From: Callorhinchus milii
Taxonomy: Eukaryota
Direction of reading: 5' to 3'
Length of the DNA: 64,000 nt
NCBI RefSeq assembly: GCF_018977255.1
Contig: NW_024704742.1
Span: 75,828,001-75,892,000 of the forward strand
Shown one piece after another: positions 11,788 through 25,443 of this stretch. How positions within the stretch are numbered: the first letter of the stretch is position 1; every line of letters begins with the position of its first letter. The translations under genes were made by a program, and so were the position numbers. The notes below the pieces were generated by a model that worked only from the letters and a program-made list of their open reading frames with translations, was not told the DNA's origin and searched no databases.

Positions 11788-14011
11788 CTGCAATTTAAAT
11801 TCAACAGCCATGTATAAATCACTTTATACAACAAGTAAATCGATCTATCCACTGAGGTTTACAGATACCATATTATTTCCCCATGGGAACACACAACCAT
11901 TAGGTCATTGTTTAAAATACTAAACACATAAAATGTGAAATTTTCACAAGAACAGCTGGATATCATTGTTGCTGAATTTAAAATGCACAAAACCTATGTT
12001 TTATAAATTTGACGTTAAGGCAAAGAGCTTTGTACTGAATGAAACACTGAAAGTATCTACCGAGGGCTGAGAGGCACTGAAAACTTTATTTGATATGAAA
12101 ATCTATCACCATGCTTTAGAATATCTAAACCAGAATGAGAGTTCCAAATATTCACGCTGCCTACTCATGGAAATACCTGCAACCACTGCCTCCTCTGGCT
12201 CATCATCAGGACTTGGGAGGGGGAAGGGATTCTTCCCATTCAGCTCCGATAAACCGTGCAATCCAAAGCCCTGTCAGGATGGGTGGACAAGTTGACAGTA
12301 CTCTCAATGGCAAGCTATGCTGGTTAAATTCCAGCAGTACGCCAACATACACTTTGGGGTCCTCAAGCCTTGGCTCTTGCCAACCTGCGCCAAATATTCT
12401 CCAGAACTAGTTAAACAGTGGCTGGGATCACACAGGACTTCATGAGTTTAAACCATTGTCAGGTTTGAATCCAGCTGCTTTATATCCCAACCTTTTGGCT
12501 CTAGCGCCTAGTGTGCAAAAATCATCCTACATGAAAAGCGAACTGGACACGAAAACTGGGACATTAAAGGGATAGACCACTTGATGCCAGTGCTCAATGC
12601 TTCAATGAGGAGACAGAAGCACATGTCAGAAAATAAAGTTACAATCTTTGGATTTGCTCTTACTGTCCCTTCTCCTAAGCCAAGTTATGCCAGAAATTCC
12701 TTCATATTTTTTACTGCTGTGCTGAAAATATTGCAACCAGTCTACAGTGGAGTATTAGGTTGACAACACATTCCAATATAATAAAATAAAACACACAATA
12801 ATATAAGGCAACAATTAAACAGAACAATTAACAATCAAACAGAATCATAAAATTAGACAACATTATCGTTCCAGATTGTCTGGTTACAGTATCTGCATTG
12901 ATACTATCATGTAAGTGGCATTACTGATTACCTATAGATTATTACAATAACAGGTTCCTCAGTGTTTGTGCTTCTGTTTTCCCTTCTAGTTAACCATCTC
13001 ATTGTGTCACAGAAAACCACCCCAAACACTCCCTTTTCGGTCATGACACAAGAAAATCCAGTTAAGGGTTTTCCCCACATTCAGTGTTGTACACAATAAA
13101 TAAATTGTGCTGCGTTCTTTCCTCAGAAGAACGAGAATGAGGAACTTCATTCTGTATGACTGACTGTTTGCGATACATTACACCATTTGGCCGAAAAGGG
13201 TTGCAAGGGTCACATTGTCACAGGACATAATTCAGCTACCACAATTAAATGTACTTTTGAAATACTAACAAGAGTTACAAGGTTAGAATGGAGAAAAATG
13301 TTTTTAAACATTCTGCTTAATGTATGAGACGGCATTGTATATTAACATTTTACAAAGAATTACTCCACAGGAGTAGCATTTAATAACAATGCCAGTATTT
13401 TGGATGTGGGTCAACTTTCCTACAACTTGTTCTACTAGGATCAGATAGAATATTGCCACTTTTCCCTCTCACATGCGCGCACACACACACATTCATACTT
13501 CTAAGATTTTTACATTATAAAAATACATGGTCAATTTGTCTAGTAATATACACTGAACTCCACTCCTGTGAAATGCTTTGAGACCTCTCAGCAACGAATG
13601 TTATATTGAATGTATACATTGAATACTACTCTTATCAAGCTTGCCATCAGTCCTTCATGAAAAAAGTTTAAAAGTCTTCAATTGGAAGAGAAATATAAAC
13701 ACAGAGGATTTTTTTTGGGTGGGGGGTGGTGGGGGAGGGGGATATTTGAGACAAGGGGAGCTTTGAGACAGCCTTGGGGAGGTTAGATTCATGGAGCTGA
13801 GTTTGATGAATGAATCAGTGCAAGTACAGGGCTATATTACAACCTGGCTCAAATAGCTGTTCTCTTGTAGTAACCATTCTGGACAGAGGGGCTTGGCTTC
13901 AATGCTACAGCGCGCTACACCACAGTGAATACAGCTGTGAATCCAATGTTACTACAGGAAATATACCTCTTTCACCTTTCATCTATTAATACACTTATTG
14001 CTCATGAGCTG

Positions 14012-14197
14012 TCAAGCATAGGACATCCTTCCCAGGTGGTTGGCAGGAACGTATCCCTTTTGCCCTTTAGCCTCTGCCAGCCACCAATCTTTGTTGCCAC
14101 TCAGGTCACTGAACTTCAGTATTCTCACTCGCTCCTGCTCCTGAAGGCTGAGTTCATGTTCATTCCGTGCTTGAAAGGAATAAACAGCATAAAAAAT
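14012..14197 (-). CDS. ARHGEF38: ARHGEF38 exon 14 (C-terminal SH3, stop)
   Basis: IFYAVYSFQARNEHELSL...WWLAEAKGQKGYVPANHLGRMSYA*. Confidence 0.96.
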   Translation of the reverse strand: MFYAVYSFQARNEHELSLQEQERVRILKFSDLSGNKDWWLAEAKGQKGYVPANHLGRMSYA

Positions 14198-15065
14198 CTG
14201 GAGAAATAAAATAAATAGTGATATTACAAATAAAATCAAACTGTAGTGGAAAGTTGGTGTAGTCCATTTCCACAGTACCATCTGATATGTTGCCAAGATC
14301 GACATTCTTTCATGTATGAGCCTGGACTCGGAACATCCTCCTGATGTGAAAGGCCCTATAGAAATGCAATTTGTTTCTGCTGTTGTTGTTGTTGTTGGAC
14401 TGTAAGGTCTAAAACTTGCTGTTTATTGATATGCTCTGCACTTGCAATGAGGTCCTGACCTCACCCACTGTATACCTTCCATCAGGAATCACTGGATAGC
14501 AATCATTTGCAGAAATGCTTGTTGACTTAATATTAATAATTGCATTTGATATAGCACCTTATCACGTCTTTGGGATGTTTCAAAGCACTTCACAGAACAT
14601 ACTGTAAAGTCAATTGACTGTATATTTTGTGGGCGAAATGCGATGGGTCTATTCCTTCCCTGACCTGGGTCAACTTTAGCACTACAGCTGATAGCATCCA
14701 ACTCAGCATAAACCCGGGTCACTCTGGGCAACAAGTAGGTTTGTGGTAACAGTTGCCGGCAGCTATAGATTATGGTCTATGTTTTTAGATAAAATATTAG
14801 GGATACAATTATAAGTGCCTGGCCTTACTCTTCTCCCACTCCCCTGCGTGCTTATTAGGGAAAAGCTAAAATGATCTGTGATTACTGGGGGTTTTGAAAA
14901 AGTGCTCGAAAGGCAAAATTGAAGCGAAAATGACTTCTCATAGCATAAAAAAAGTCTGAGGAAGCAATGTGAGCCTCCTGTAGGTAACCTGATATGCATC
15001 ACTCTAATTTGAGGGAACTTTTCAACCTCAATGATTAAAGAAGGAAGCAAGCAAACTGCTCTCAC

Positions 15066-15349
15066 CTCATGTTCTCCAAGGTCACTTGAACTGTCGTCAC
15101 TTCTTTCTTTTGGCACTGGCTCAGGGATGGGTGGGATCCCTTCCTGACAGCCATTCACACTACTGTTACCATTGCTGCCTCTGAAGAGCAGACTCTTTAC
15201 ACTGTTTGTATCACCAGAATGAGGCGACACAAATAGGTTAAAGTCATCGAAATCTCCATTAGGAGTGTAGCGCACTGCTGATGTCACATTCTGTCCACAC
15301 GCAAGATTGTATGGTCTCAAAAATGAGGAATACACGTAGCCTTGCGTCA
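15066..15349 (-). CDS. ARHGEF38: ARHGEF38 exon 13
   Basis: TQGYVYSSFLRPYN...DLGEHE; 284 nt; ttgcag| and gag|gtgaga. Confidence 0.92.
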
Positions 15350-15714
15350 CTGCAAAGGAACAAAGCATTACAATATGACAACTCATAGATTACCTTTGAA
15401 TGATACACATACTAAGCAGTTATTTCTTAACCAGGATTGTCTTTATAAATAACTATTTGTATGGATGATCCCAAATACAAACATCCTAGAATTTTTGATT
15501 TTTTTCGTTCCCAATCTACTTTCTCGATTTATGCTCCTTATTTATTATTAAGAAAACTGTAAGAAGCCTTGTAATTTGATATAGCCTCATAACACATTGT
15601 TGAAATCTCTCAAAGCACTTCACAGGATTTACTGCAAAGTGTAGTGACTGTGTATTTATGGGTGAACACAGCAGCTAATCTGGGCAGAGCAAATGTCCCA
15701 CAAATATGAAATGA

Positions 15715-16216
15715 ACTCCCTGCTTGTCAGTATTCCCAATTCCTCCCTCCACAAGCTTCCAAGCTCTGTGATCCTACCACCCCCTCCCTCACCCAGTTCG
15801 ACTTGCTCCCCATCCCCAGAGGATAGAATTCAAAATCTCGACCTCGCTTTCAAAGCCATCCACAGGCTTGCTCTTCCCTACCTCTGTGGTCTGCTAATGC
15901 CACATCGACCTGTCCGCTCCCTCCATTTGGCGTACTCTGGCCTGCTCTATGTCTGCCGAACCATCAGCGATCAGACTTCAAGCCTCCCTGCCCCTTTGGA
16001 ATTCCATCCCTTCATCTCGCCCACGCACTACAAGGCCCATCTCAAGACTTTCCTCTTCGACTGGGTCTTCAGTCACCCTCCTACTCCCACTCTCCCTGCC
16101 CTCCTCCCCTCCCCTCCTGATCCCAAACCCCAGCTCGGGTGCAAATCTTTCATTGTCCAGCATCTTAGGACATCCTCCCGACGTGAAGGCACTATACAAA
16201 TGTAATTTGTTGTTGA
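15715..16216 (+). mobile_element. L2 LINE 3' fragment
   Basis: FKAIHRLALPYL, KAHLKTFLFD; tail gacgtgaaggcactatacaaatgtaatttgttgttg. Confidence 0.88.
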
Positions 16217-17022
16217 TTAATTTTATCTGGGGGACTGTTGGTCAGGATGCCGGGAGAGATCAGGATCATGTCCCATTTGATTACTTTTGCAATTCATTAA
16301 AAAGCTACTTGGCTTTTATATTCACTTGTGCATTCACGTGGTTCTATTGCCCAATAAGGATACATTGAAAGGCCCACAGTTCACGTGACAGGAGACTGGC
16401 ACTGCCAATAGTGACAATATATTCTTGTACTTTAGAATGAAATGTCCATTTAGAGGCAGAGTAGCTTGAGAGGGTAAAGAGGTTGAAGATGTTCGAAGAT
16501 TGTCGAAGAAGAGTTTTGAAAAGCCCCTGAAGTAAAGAAGAGGTTGATGATGTTGGCTTGTATGAGATGTGGAGGATAGTTAGGTAGTAGTTAGGAGCTG
16601 GGTTTGTAAAAGCTCAAGGGAACACGGTAAACTTCTGATCTATCATCATTCCAAAGGAAAAGAGCTCAGTGACTCTATATTCTGAGTGACAATGTAGGCA
16701 TGAGTCCTCTGGGGCCAGATACCAGCACATACTTCCTGTGCAGAGCAAACAGCTGACAGTATGACAAAGTGGCCCTGGCCCCCATAACTGCTAATTTATT
16801 TGTCAAAACTTGGTTAAATATAGTACAGTATAAGTTTATAATTAGGCATATTGTCTATAAAAAACTTGGCAAATTTCTCTTTAGAAGCAAAAACATTTAC
16901 AAACATAAAGTCACTAGGAAAGAGGTCAAATCTGAAGACGTTAAGGCCTAATGTTTAACAAGTGGGCCGGGCTCAGCACAGTGAAGGCTGGTAAAAGTGA
17001 ATTGAATGTTGAAAGCACTCAC

Positions 17023-17221
17023 TTCCTGTGTCAACAAGCCATCTGCTGGTGCTCCCCATTGGGTCCTGCTGCTCAAGGATGGCCACAATCTCACCTTCGT
17101 AAAGACACACATCTTGCTCTTGTGCAGCATTGAACTTCCTCTTTGCTTGAAATAGTTTCTCAGGGCTGTGCTCGGACAATAACTTTGACCTGTGATCTTC
17201 TGTCTGATGGGGGGCATCAGG
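17023..17221 (-). CDS. ARHGEF38: ARHGEF38 exon 12 (first SH3)
   Basis: PDAPHQTEDHRSKLL...QDPMGSTSRWLVDTG; 199 nt; donor |gtgagt. Confidence 0.94.
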
Positions 17222-18153
17222 CTTGAGAGACAACAGAAGCATAGCCTTAAGTACCAATAGGTGTCTCCCTCAACAACATTATCGGATGACTCATTGCTCG
17301 ATATTATATTTATAGTACAGTCAAAGCTACAAACGTTCAGATGACAGAAACTAAACCCATGGGACAATGCAAGGCACATGCTTCCTAGATTTTAGATTTA
17401 TCCTACCAACCCGGCCTGGCCGCTCCCTTTGCTCAGCAAACACTGGTTGCTGCATGTCCCAGTAAAGGGGCAGTATAAACGTAAAGCACATTGTATTGTA
17501 TTACTTGCAATTAGATGTTTATTAAGACACTCAACCACCTTCTCCACAAAACTTCCAAGAATCGGAAAATCTCCAGTACAGAACAATTTAGAAAGCACAC
17601 TTAAAATAAATATTTACTTAAAAACAACCTTACTCCCACCAATGCAATTCAAAAGACAATGAGGTTTAAAATGCAGCACCATCACTGCTGTTTCTCAGAA
17701 TGTCGTCAAGCAAAATGGCGACTACAGTACCACCTTTGCCAGTGTTTGAGATTGCGATTTCTTAAGCAAATTTTCAGCAAATTGTATAATTTTAGGTGAA
17801 AAACAGGGTTGCAATTATTCTTATTAATATAAAATATAATACTAATTAATATTAATATCCTTGCATTTAATATGGCGCCTTTCTCGTCTCAAAGCGTTTC
17901 ACAGGATTTTGTTATTTGTAGGCAAGGCTGCGGTTCAGTTCAGTGACTGGGAATCTTTTGAACATCCCATTTTAAACCCCTTTTTGTACAATTGAAAAGT
18001 TTATCATAGTTTCAGGATCTAGAAGCCTGAAACCTCCTCATGTTCTTTGATCATTTTGCAATTTCAGCATTTGAAAAATCATTAAATTGTTCAATTGGAA
18101 GTAGGTTTTCTACAGTTCCGAAAACTATGAGGAATTTCAGACCTTTTACTTAC

Positions 18154-18312
18154 AATAGAAGTCGACAATCTTTTCTTCAACCGTTCATCTGAGCTGAGCC
18201 TCCGTTCAACCAACCTCTGAGTTCCAGTACTGAACTCCTTAACAAACCACAAATGGTGAATTTCTTCAAAGACTTGACTCTGTCTGTTCCCAATGCTCAT
18301 TGAAAGAGAAGC
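18154..18312 (-). CDS. ARHGEF38: ARHGEF38 exon 11
   Basis: ASLSMSIGNRQSQVFEEIHHL...LSTSI; 159 nt; donor |gtaagt. Confidence 0.88.
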
Positions 18313-18733
18313 CTAAAGTAGAAAATGTGAAACCTGTAGCGTCACAAAAGATGCTCTTTAAAGTATAAGTACTTCATTTAATTTTCTTAGTACTCTGGAG
18401 TGGAACAAGGGTATTGGAAATTGGATTGGGGAGGTTTCACTCAAGAATAGGTCATAAACTACCCACATGGACATTAATAGTCAAGTTTTATGACTACTGA
18501 GCCCTGAGTCATGGATGGCTGCGACCTGTGGGAACGCCGCTCTGACGGGCCAGGAAGGAAATGGCGTTGAAGCAAAGTGCCCATGAGTTGACGTGACACA
18601 CACATATCTGTGGGCAGGATTCAATACTTAGGAATTCTGCACTAATCCTGGTTACAAATCCTGCACCGTTTGCCCCAATATGAATGATTTCACTACTTCT
18701 ATAATGGCTATTTGTATTGAGACCACAACCTAC

Positions 18734-19072
18734 CGGTAGATGTTTGACTGCTGGAGAGGCCAGTAAAGCTGAAGTCATATGATCCCTGAATGCAGCCGTA
18801 AAACAATAAATACAGTTATTTAAGACTGTCCTGGCTGCCTTATTAAACTTCTGCAGCTCCTCCACTAGCTGCGCGTTTAGTGCTTCATAGTCTTTTTTAG
18901 CCAGATTCAGTTCTTCTGCAGCTTTTCTCTCCTTCACACTTTCAGAGCGCTCGAGGCGGCTGATATAGTCAAGCATCTTGTCGTAACGCTTTTGTATTAG
19001 TTTCTGAGGACCGCTAAACAGAGTCTGTAGAGCAGCGAGCGGCATCACAACTTGTCTTTCCAAATTGTCTTT
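18734..19072 (-). CDS. ARHGEF38: ARHGEF38 exon 10 (BAR region)
   Basis: KDNLERQVVMPL...GPQKLIQKRYDKMLDY...YEALNAQLVEELQ...VKHLP; 339 nt. Confidence 0.94.
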
Positions 19073-20600
19073 CTAGGATAAAAATAAATAAACACACAAT
19101 GAGAAAGCAGACTTGAAAGAAGGTAAATTATTTTTATCTCTCCTTTGACTGAATTTGCCGGGTGATGGTATGCTTGAAAATGGAATACTGCGTATCCACC
19201 TGGCTCAGGAACTGGACCTCCAAGACAGCCTCAGAGGTTGGGCTGGGCTCGATTCTGATATTCCGTTGCTAAACATGTCATCTTGGAGCAGGTTCAGCTC
19301 CAAGGAAACCCCACTTACCTCCCCCCACCAAGGAGGATAGTCACTAGTTGGTCATTTGACAGCCACCAAGTGCGGGTTTGAGTGCTCACTAGGTGGATGG
19401 TAAGAACTCCCTGTGAACTTTCTGATGCTTTAGTTTGCTGAATTATAATAATAATAATCCTTGCATTTGATATAGCACATTTTATGTCAAAAGGACATCT
19501 CAAAGCGCTTCACAGTAAAGTATATGACCATGTGTTTTGCAGATGAATGTGGTAGCCATTCTACATACAGCAATGTACCATAAATAGCTATGAAGTGACT
19601 GAACAATTACTAACCAGTACACTGAGAGAATTTTCTTTCCTTTTACCAAATAGTACCATGGGATCTTCAATCTCCACCTGAACAAGCAGACAAAACCTCA
19701 CTTTAATGCCTCACATGAAGGACATCACGTCTTGACAATGCAGTATACCCCAAGAATACATTGAAAGGTCAGCCTAGTTTGTCACCACTGGTAGCAGTCT
19801 TGCCTCTGAATCAGAGAGTTGCGGGCTCAAGCCCCACAACAGAATTCATGATCATTGCTGATGTTCTGGTGCAGTATTAGGTGAGCTGCATTGTCGGAGA
19901 TGGTGTGCTTCAGGTGACACAGGGAATTCATCCATTGTTTTGGCCATTTTTCACCAAAATTGGTGAATTGATCACTGTTTTTGAGAGATTTGTGGCACAG
20001 ATTAGTTGTGCCCTCTGTCAGTTTAACAACTCATTACACTTCAAATAGCTCATTACATGAAGTCTTATTAATTAATCTTGTTGTGGGCTCAATCATTGAG
20101 CTCACAGTCGAGGCATGTGCCAGCCAAACTAAGGCCTGAGAAGAGCTTCAGCCACCCCAAACATTCGCACCAGACTAGGTAAATCCATGTTCGATCAGTA
20201 GTGTGTTTCCAGGTTTTTCTTAATTGAATATTTCTTGATTTATGACATAAATCAAAAGATATTCAATCAAGCAAATATATTTTGTTGGCTGAACAAAAAG
20301 ATAGGCCACCAGAGGTCTAGGCTAACACTCCAGCGCAATGCTGGAGGTGCACTGCATTGATGGTGGTGCCATCCTTTGGATGAGACGTTAAACCGCAATC
20401 CCGTCTGCCTGTTCAGATGGACGTAAAAGATCCTATCGAATTACTCGCAGAGAGTAGGGAGATTCCTCTGGTGTCCTGTCCAACAATACTTCAAACACAA
20501 TTGGTCATTCACTTCATGGCTGTTTGAGGGGCACTGCTGTGTGGAAACTGGTTACCCAGGTAATACAAGGGTTGTGGGGATCACGATAGCAGATACTTAC

Positions 20601-20723
20601 AAAATGTTCAAATGAACTCTGAGAGTTTTTCAGCTCCTGAAGATAAGTGCCATTGACGTGATTGGAATCTCGTAAAATCTTCTGAAGATCATGGACATTC
20701 TGAACAGCTAGTAATATACCTTC
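20601..20723 (-). CDS. ARHGEF38: ARHGEF38 exon 9
   Basis: EGILLAVQNVHDLQKI...SFEHF; 123 nt; donor |gtaagt. Confidence 0.9.
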
Positions 20724-21743
20724 CTGAGCAAAAAAATACAATTGATCAAGCTACAAATTATCCCTTTGAGTGAAGGTCACTAACCAGGTCAACACCAATG
20801 TGTGAGATGGAGAAATTTGAATGACTTATCCTCCAAATTACTGCTTCTCTGATGTTGTGGAGTTGAATCGTGTGAGCAGTTCCCTCCGTCTCCACAGAGA
20901 AAGTGAAAATGATTGGGAATAGTGTGAAAGTTGACAGCGATGTTCCAAAATTATTACGTCAACTCATTGGTGGAAAACTTTGGAAGTTTATTTTCCCAGG
21001 TGATGCTACCAGGACACTGGCCTCCACTCTTTCCAGTCTCTGCTCTCAATGAGAAAGATTGAAGAGAAAGAGAGAGAGACACACAGAGACAGAGAGTGAC
21101 AGATACAAAGACCCTGAGACACAAGGCCAGAACAAACCCACAGCGGATGACATAGGCATAGAGAGCGGGACAGATTCAGGGCTTGAGAAAGAGCAAGGCA
21201 GGAAGACTTGCAGAGACAGTTGGAAGTCAAAAGACTTATTACCAAACAAAATATAGTTCATGTGACTACGGACAGCTTCCTCCTAAAAAGTTTTATTCCC
21301 AGGTAAGCTCTCCTCTCTATTGTCCAACCTCGGATGAGCCACTTTACGAGTATTCCCATAACAGTTGAAAAAGTACTCGAATGGCCATAACCACCAGAAA
21401 AACACTCCTGACATAAGTATTTTCTCTAGAGTGACTCCTTTACACTCTGCTCCATTTTACGATATTAGTTGCCTCCTGAGGTAGACTTGCTGCTCAAGGT
21501 AAACTCGCTGTGTAAAAGAGATATAAGATGGGGTTTCGGGGTTGTTGTGGATGCCTTTTCAACGGGTTCTGATATTTGAGATTTTTAAATCCCAACATGT
21601 ATATCACAGAAATGTTCACTGGTGTAAAATTTGTTCATTTCACACCTATATGTAAGTAAAATGGGCTGTCTGATTATGCAACGACATGCATACAATTATA
21701 CAAAGCATTTTATTGTTTAATTTGGATAAAAACAAACATTCAC

Positions 21744-21848
21744 CTGAATGTTTTGAAGATAGCAGGATGTGTTCTTTGCACAAAGTCTCACAGCCTTTTC
21801 TAAGTTTCGAAACATTTTTTCTTCTCTATCAAAAATCTCATCTTTGAC
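21744..21848 (-). CDS. ARHGEF38: ARHGEF38 exon 8 (BAR region)
   Basis: Not in ORF track; hand-translated VKDEIFDREEKMFRNLEKAVRLCAKNTSCYLQNIQ; 105 nt; ttcag| and cag|gtgaat. Confidence 0.93.
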
Positions 21849-23152
21849 CTGAAACAAAGTACAGTAATAACAAACTCACTTTTTATGCAAATGCACGCAT
21901 TCAAAACAGTGCCATCACTTTCCACCAGCTTCAGCATGGATTATCTCTCCAAATAAGTTCTGTATCTCAATTTTATTCTACAATCCTTTAATAACGGTAA
22001 TTTTTCTATTTAATATAGTGCCTTACCATGGCAAAACATCTCAAAGTGATTCACAGTAATTACTATTAAGTGTAGAGACTGTATTTGTGAGCAAATGCAA
22101 TAATCAGTTTGGCACACATCAAAGTCCCATGAACAATGCCACCCATATCAAACTCCACACCCCCATCAACCAAATCCCTGCCAGGCTCCATTGGCTCTCC
22201 ATTGCAGAACAGATCGATTTCAAGATCCTCACACTCACAAGTCATTTCATGCTTGAACAGCTCTCTCAACCACTCACACCTCAATCCTTTATTAACCCTC
22301 TTCATTTGGCTGGCTTGGGCCTTTTACACAGCTCCGACCCTCCACTCCACCATCAGCAGCCCTGATAAGCTGCCCAATGCTGCATTAAAATGTCAACCTG
22401 GAGTGTCAACCTGGACTTTGAGCTCCAAGTCCCCAGTATGAAACTTGAAACCGCAATTTTCTGACCCTGAGTCACAACTGCTACCAACAGAGCCAGGCTT
22501 GAGAGCTTTGTACTGTAAGTAATTTGAGCAGGGCATGGATTCTTAAAGCCGTTTTCCCTTTCCACCTTTTCGAACTATCCTCTCCTCCCAGTTATTTAAA
22601 TAAGTCAGAGGATCGCTCCTAGAATTTACTGCCCTCTCAAGTAACGCAGTGTGAGGAAGGGTTTGAGGTCTTTTGATATCAGAAAGCACAGTATCCAATG
22701 AAAGGCTTTTCATTTAATGTCACACAACTGAGAGCCATTCAAGCTTTTTTTTTCCAAATCAACAAAATAAAAACATGGGTATTTTTCAGGGATGCTTTTT
22801 ACTAAAAAAAAGGAAAGAAAAAAATTGCGGGTAGGGGGAGGAAAAATTGATGCAAAAAACGCAGGCAGATTTGGTAAAAACATTAAAAATCTGTCATTGC
22901 TTGTGCTGCATTTGACTGCAGGCCGTCATACAAAACAACACAATTTACATAAGATCGTGCCTTTCATTTAGGGAGGATGCCCTAAGGTGCCAAACAATAA
23001 AGACTTGGCACCCGAACAAGGGGTGGGAGCTGAGATGGGTGGGTATGGTGGGTTGGGTCACCATTGTTCAGCAATGCGTAAAGAGTGAGTGCAAAGCTAC
23101 AATTAAATAAAATACAAAGAGTAAAATACCCATTCAAAATAACTGTACATAC

Positions 23153-23286
23153 CTGATGCTCCCCTCCAGTCAGGATCTTGAGATGACTTGTGACTCGGTT
23201 GGATTTTTTCACGATAGAGCGGATGTTCAGCTTAGACAGCCTGTGTCTTAGTGACTCGTCTTCATCACAATTCTTGTACTTCATCA
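23153..23286 (-). CDS. ARHGEF38: ARHGEF38 exon 7
   Basis: VMKYKNCDEDESL...HLKILTGGEHQ; 134 nt. Confidence 0.95.
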
Positions 23287-23454
23287 CTAAAGAATGTGCG
23301 AAGAACAAATCGTCAATTGTACAAAGAGAATTTTTCATTGGGTTTGTGGTTTGGTAGCTTTGCACCAGTGGTGGAGCTTCTGCTGTCCTGCAGAGGGAGA
23401 TGCAGTCTTATGGCTAACTAAAACAACATCTACCAGGCTCAGGTTTCATCTCAC

Positions 23455-24622
23455 ATCAACAAAAACAACAAAAAAATTACATTTGCAGAGCACCTTTCAC
23501 ATCAGGAGGATGTCCCAAGGCGCTGGAGAGTCAGGGGTCAGGGCCCAAGCATGGGGGAGGAGTGGGGTAAGGGTGAGGGAAGGCAGAGAGGTGGGAGGGC
23601 AGCTGAAGGCACGATCGAAGAGGAGGGTCTTGAGATCGGCCTTGAAGGAGGCAAGTGAGGAAACAAGGTGAAGGGACTGTGGGATGGAGTTCCAAAGTGT
23701 GGGGGCAGAGAGGCTGAGCCTGGTCACCGATGGTACAGTGGTCACATCAAGGTAGGAGACATGGAGCAGGCTGGAGCCTGCTGAACGGAGGGAACGGGCA
23801 GGTTGTAGGGAGTCAGCAGGTCAGAGAGATAGGATGCGCCAAGGCCATGGATGGCCTTGAAAGTGAGGGACGAGGATCTCGAATTTGATCCTCTGAAGGA
23901 TGGGGAGCCAGGCGAGGGTGGGAGTGATGGGGTCACAGAGCCTGGTGCGCGAGAGTAGATGAGCTGCAGAGTTTTGGATGATCTGCAGCTTGTGAAGGGA
24001 AGAGTTGGGAAGGCCGATGAGGAGAGAGTTTCCATAATCAAGCCTTGATGTGACCAGTGCGTGCGTGGGTTTCAGCAGCCTGAGGAGTGAGGCAGTGGCA
24101 CTCTGGTGATGGTGCGGAGGTGGTGGTAGGCAGTGTTGGTCGTGGCGCGGATGTGGGGGAGAAAGGACAGTTCAGGGTCAAACAAGACACCCAGGTTCCT
24201 GACTGGCTTAGTGAGGTTGAGTGTGCAACCGTGGATGCTGATGCTGCCAGCGCCCGAGGTGCGGAGGCGCTGGCGCGAGCCAATCAGGAGGGCCTCAGTC
24301 TTGCTGACGTTCAATTGGAGAAAGTTGTCCCTCATCCAGTACTTTATGCAGTCGGTCAGGACGACAGTAGTTCTGGAGTTGAGGGTAGAGGCAGAGAGGT
24401 AAGAGTTGGGTGTCATCCGTCTACATGTGGAAATTTATCCCATGTCTGCGGATGACGTCACCAAGGGGGAGCATGTAGAAGGTGAAGAGGAGGGGACCAA
24501 GGACAGAGCCCTGAGGAACACCGCACAAGACGGTGCAGGGGCTGGAGGAGAAGCCGTTTGCAGAGATGAAGTGGAGGAGGTGTGAAACGTAGGACCTGAA
24601 CCAGTCAAGGACAGAACACTGA
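23455..24622 (-). mobile_element. L2 LINE 3' fragment, decayed
   Basis: [30 protein letters not shown]; same 3' tail as the 29413 element. Confidence 0.92.
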
Positions 24623-25243
24623 AGATCACAATCAGTCCTTTGATTTCATCCTCCCTACTGTCCCCCTGTCAAGCTGTTATTTAAATGAGTCCAGTGTCCT
24701 GATAGAGACATTTCTGGTAACCTGTTCCAGTTGTTAATTACCCTCTGGGTAAGGAAAAACTTCTTGCCTGAAATTGCCCTTTGCAACTCTAAACCTGTCC
24801 TCTTGTTCTATTGTCTTGGTGTATCCTAAATTATTGTTCATTTTTTCCTCAGTGTAATTTTTCAAACTTGTTTATGATCTCATCCAAACCAGTGCCTGAC
24901 TTTCACTAAGAGTTCCATCTCAGATAGAGACACACCTACTGGCATCTTACAACCCTGCGAACACATCTCAAACTGGGATAGGAAAGACATTAAGGCGTGG
25001 GAGGGTGGTACGGTGAAGATCAACAGGATTTTGCCTGGAATGAGGAACTGCAGTTATAGGGAATGACTTGATGAACTGGGGCTTTTATCTTTGGAGCTCA
25101 GAAGACTGAGGGGGATATGGTGGAGGCATATAAGATGATGGAAGGCTAAGATAAGGTGTACAGGTAAAGATTATTTCTGGGTCAGGGAGGGCATAGTCCC
25201 AGACATGTGTCAGACACCTGGCTGACCACAAAAATAAACTTAC

Positions 25244-25443
25244 CCAGGTCTTTTCTCCTTTTCAGTTCATTAATGTTCATGTTGATTTCTTTTACTGCTG
25301 CCAGTGCTTCCTTAACAGGTTTATAATCTGCGTGCAGATCCGGGGTGGAATTCAGCAGCTCACTCAGAAGCAGCGGGTATTTCATGACTCGCTGCACTGG
25401 TTTAATGAGGATTGAGCCCATGTCTAATAAAGTGCTGCTCCTT
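25244..25443 (-). CDS. ARHGEF38: ARHGEF38 exon 6 (end of DH domain)
   Basis: [26 protein letters not shown]...[10 protein letters not shown]; 200 nt. Confidence 0.95.
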
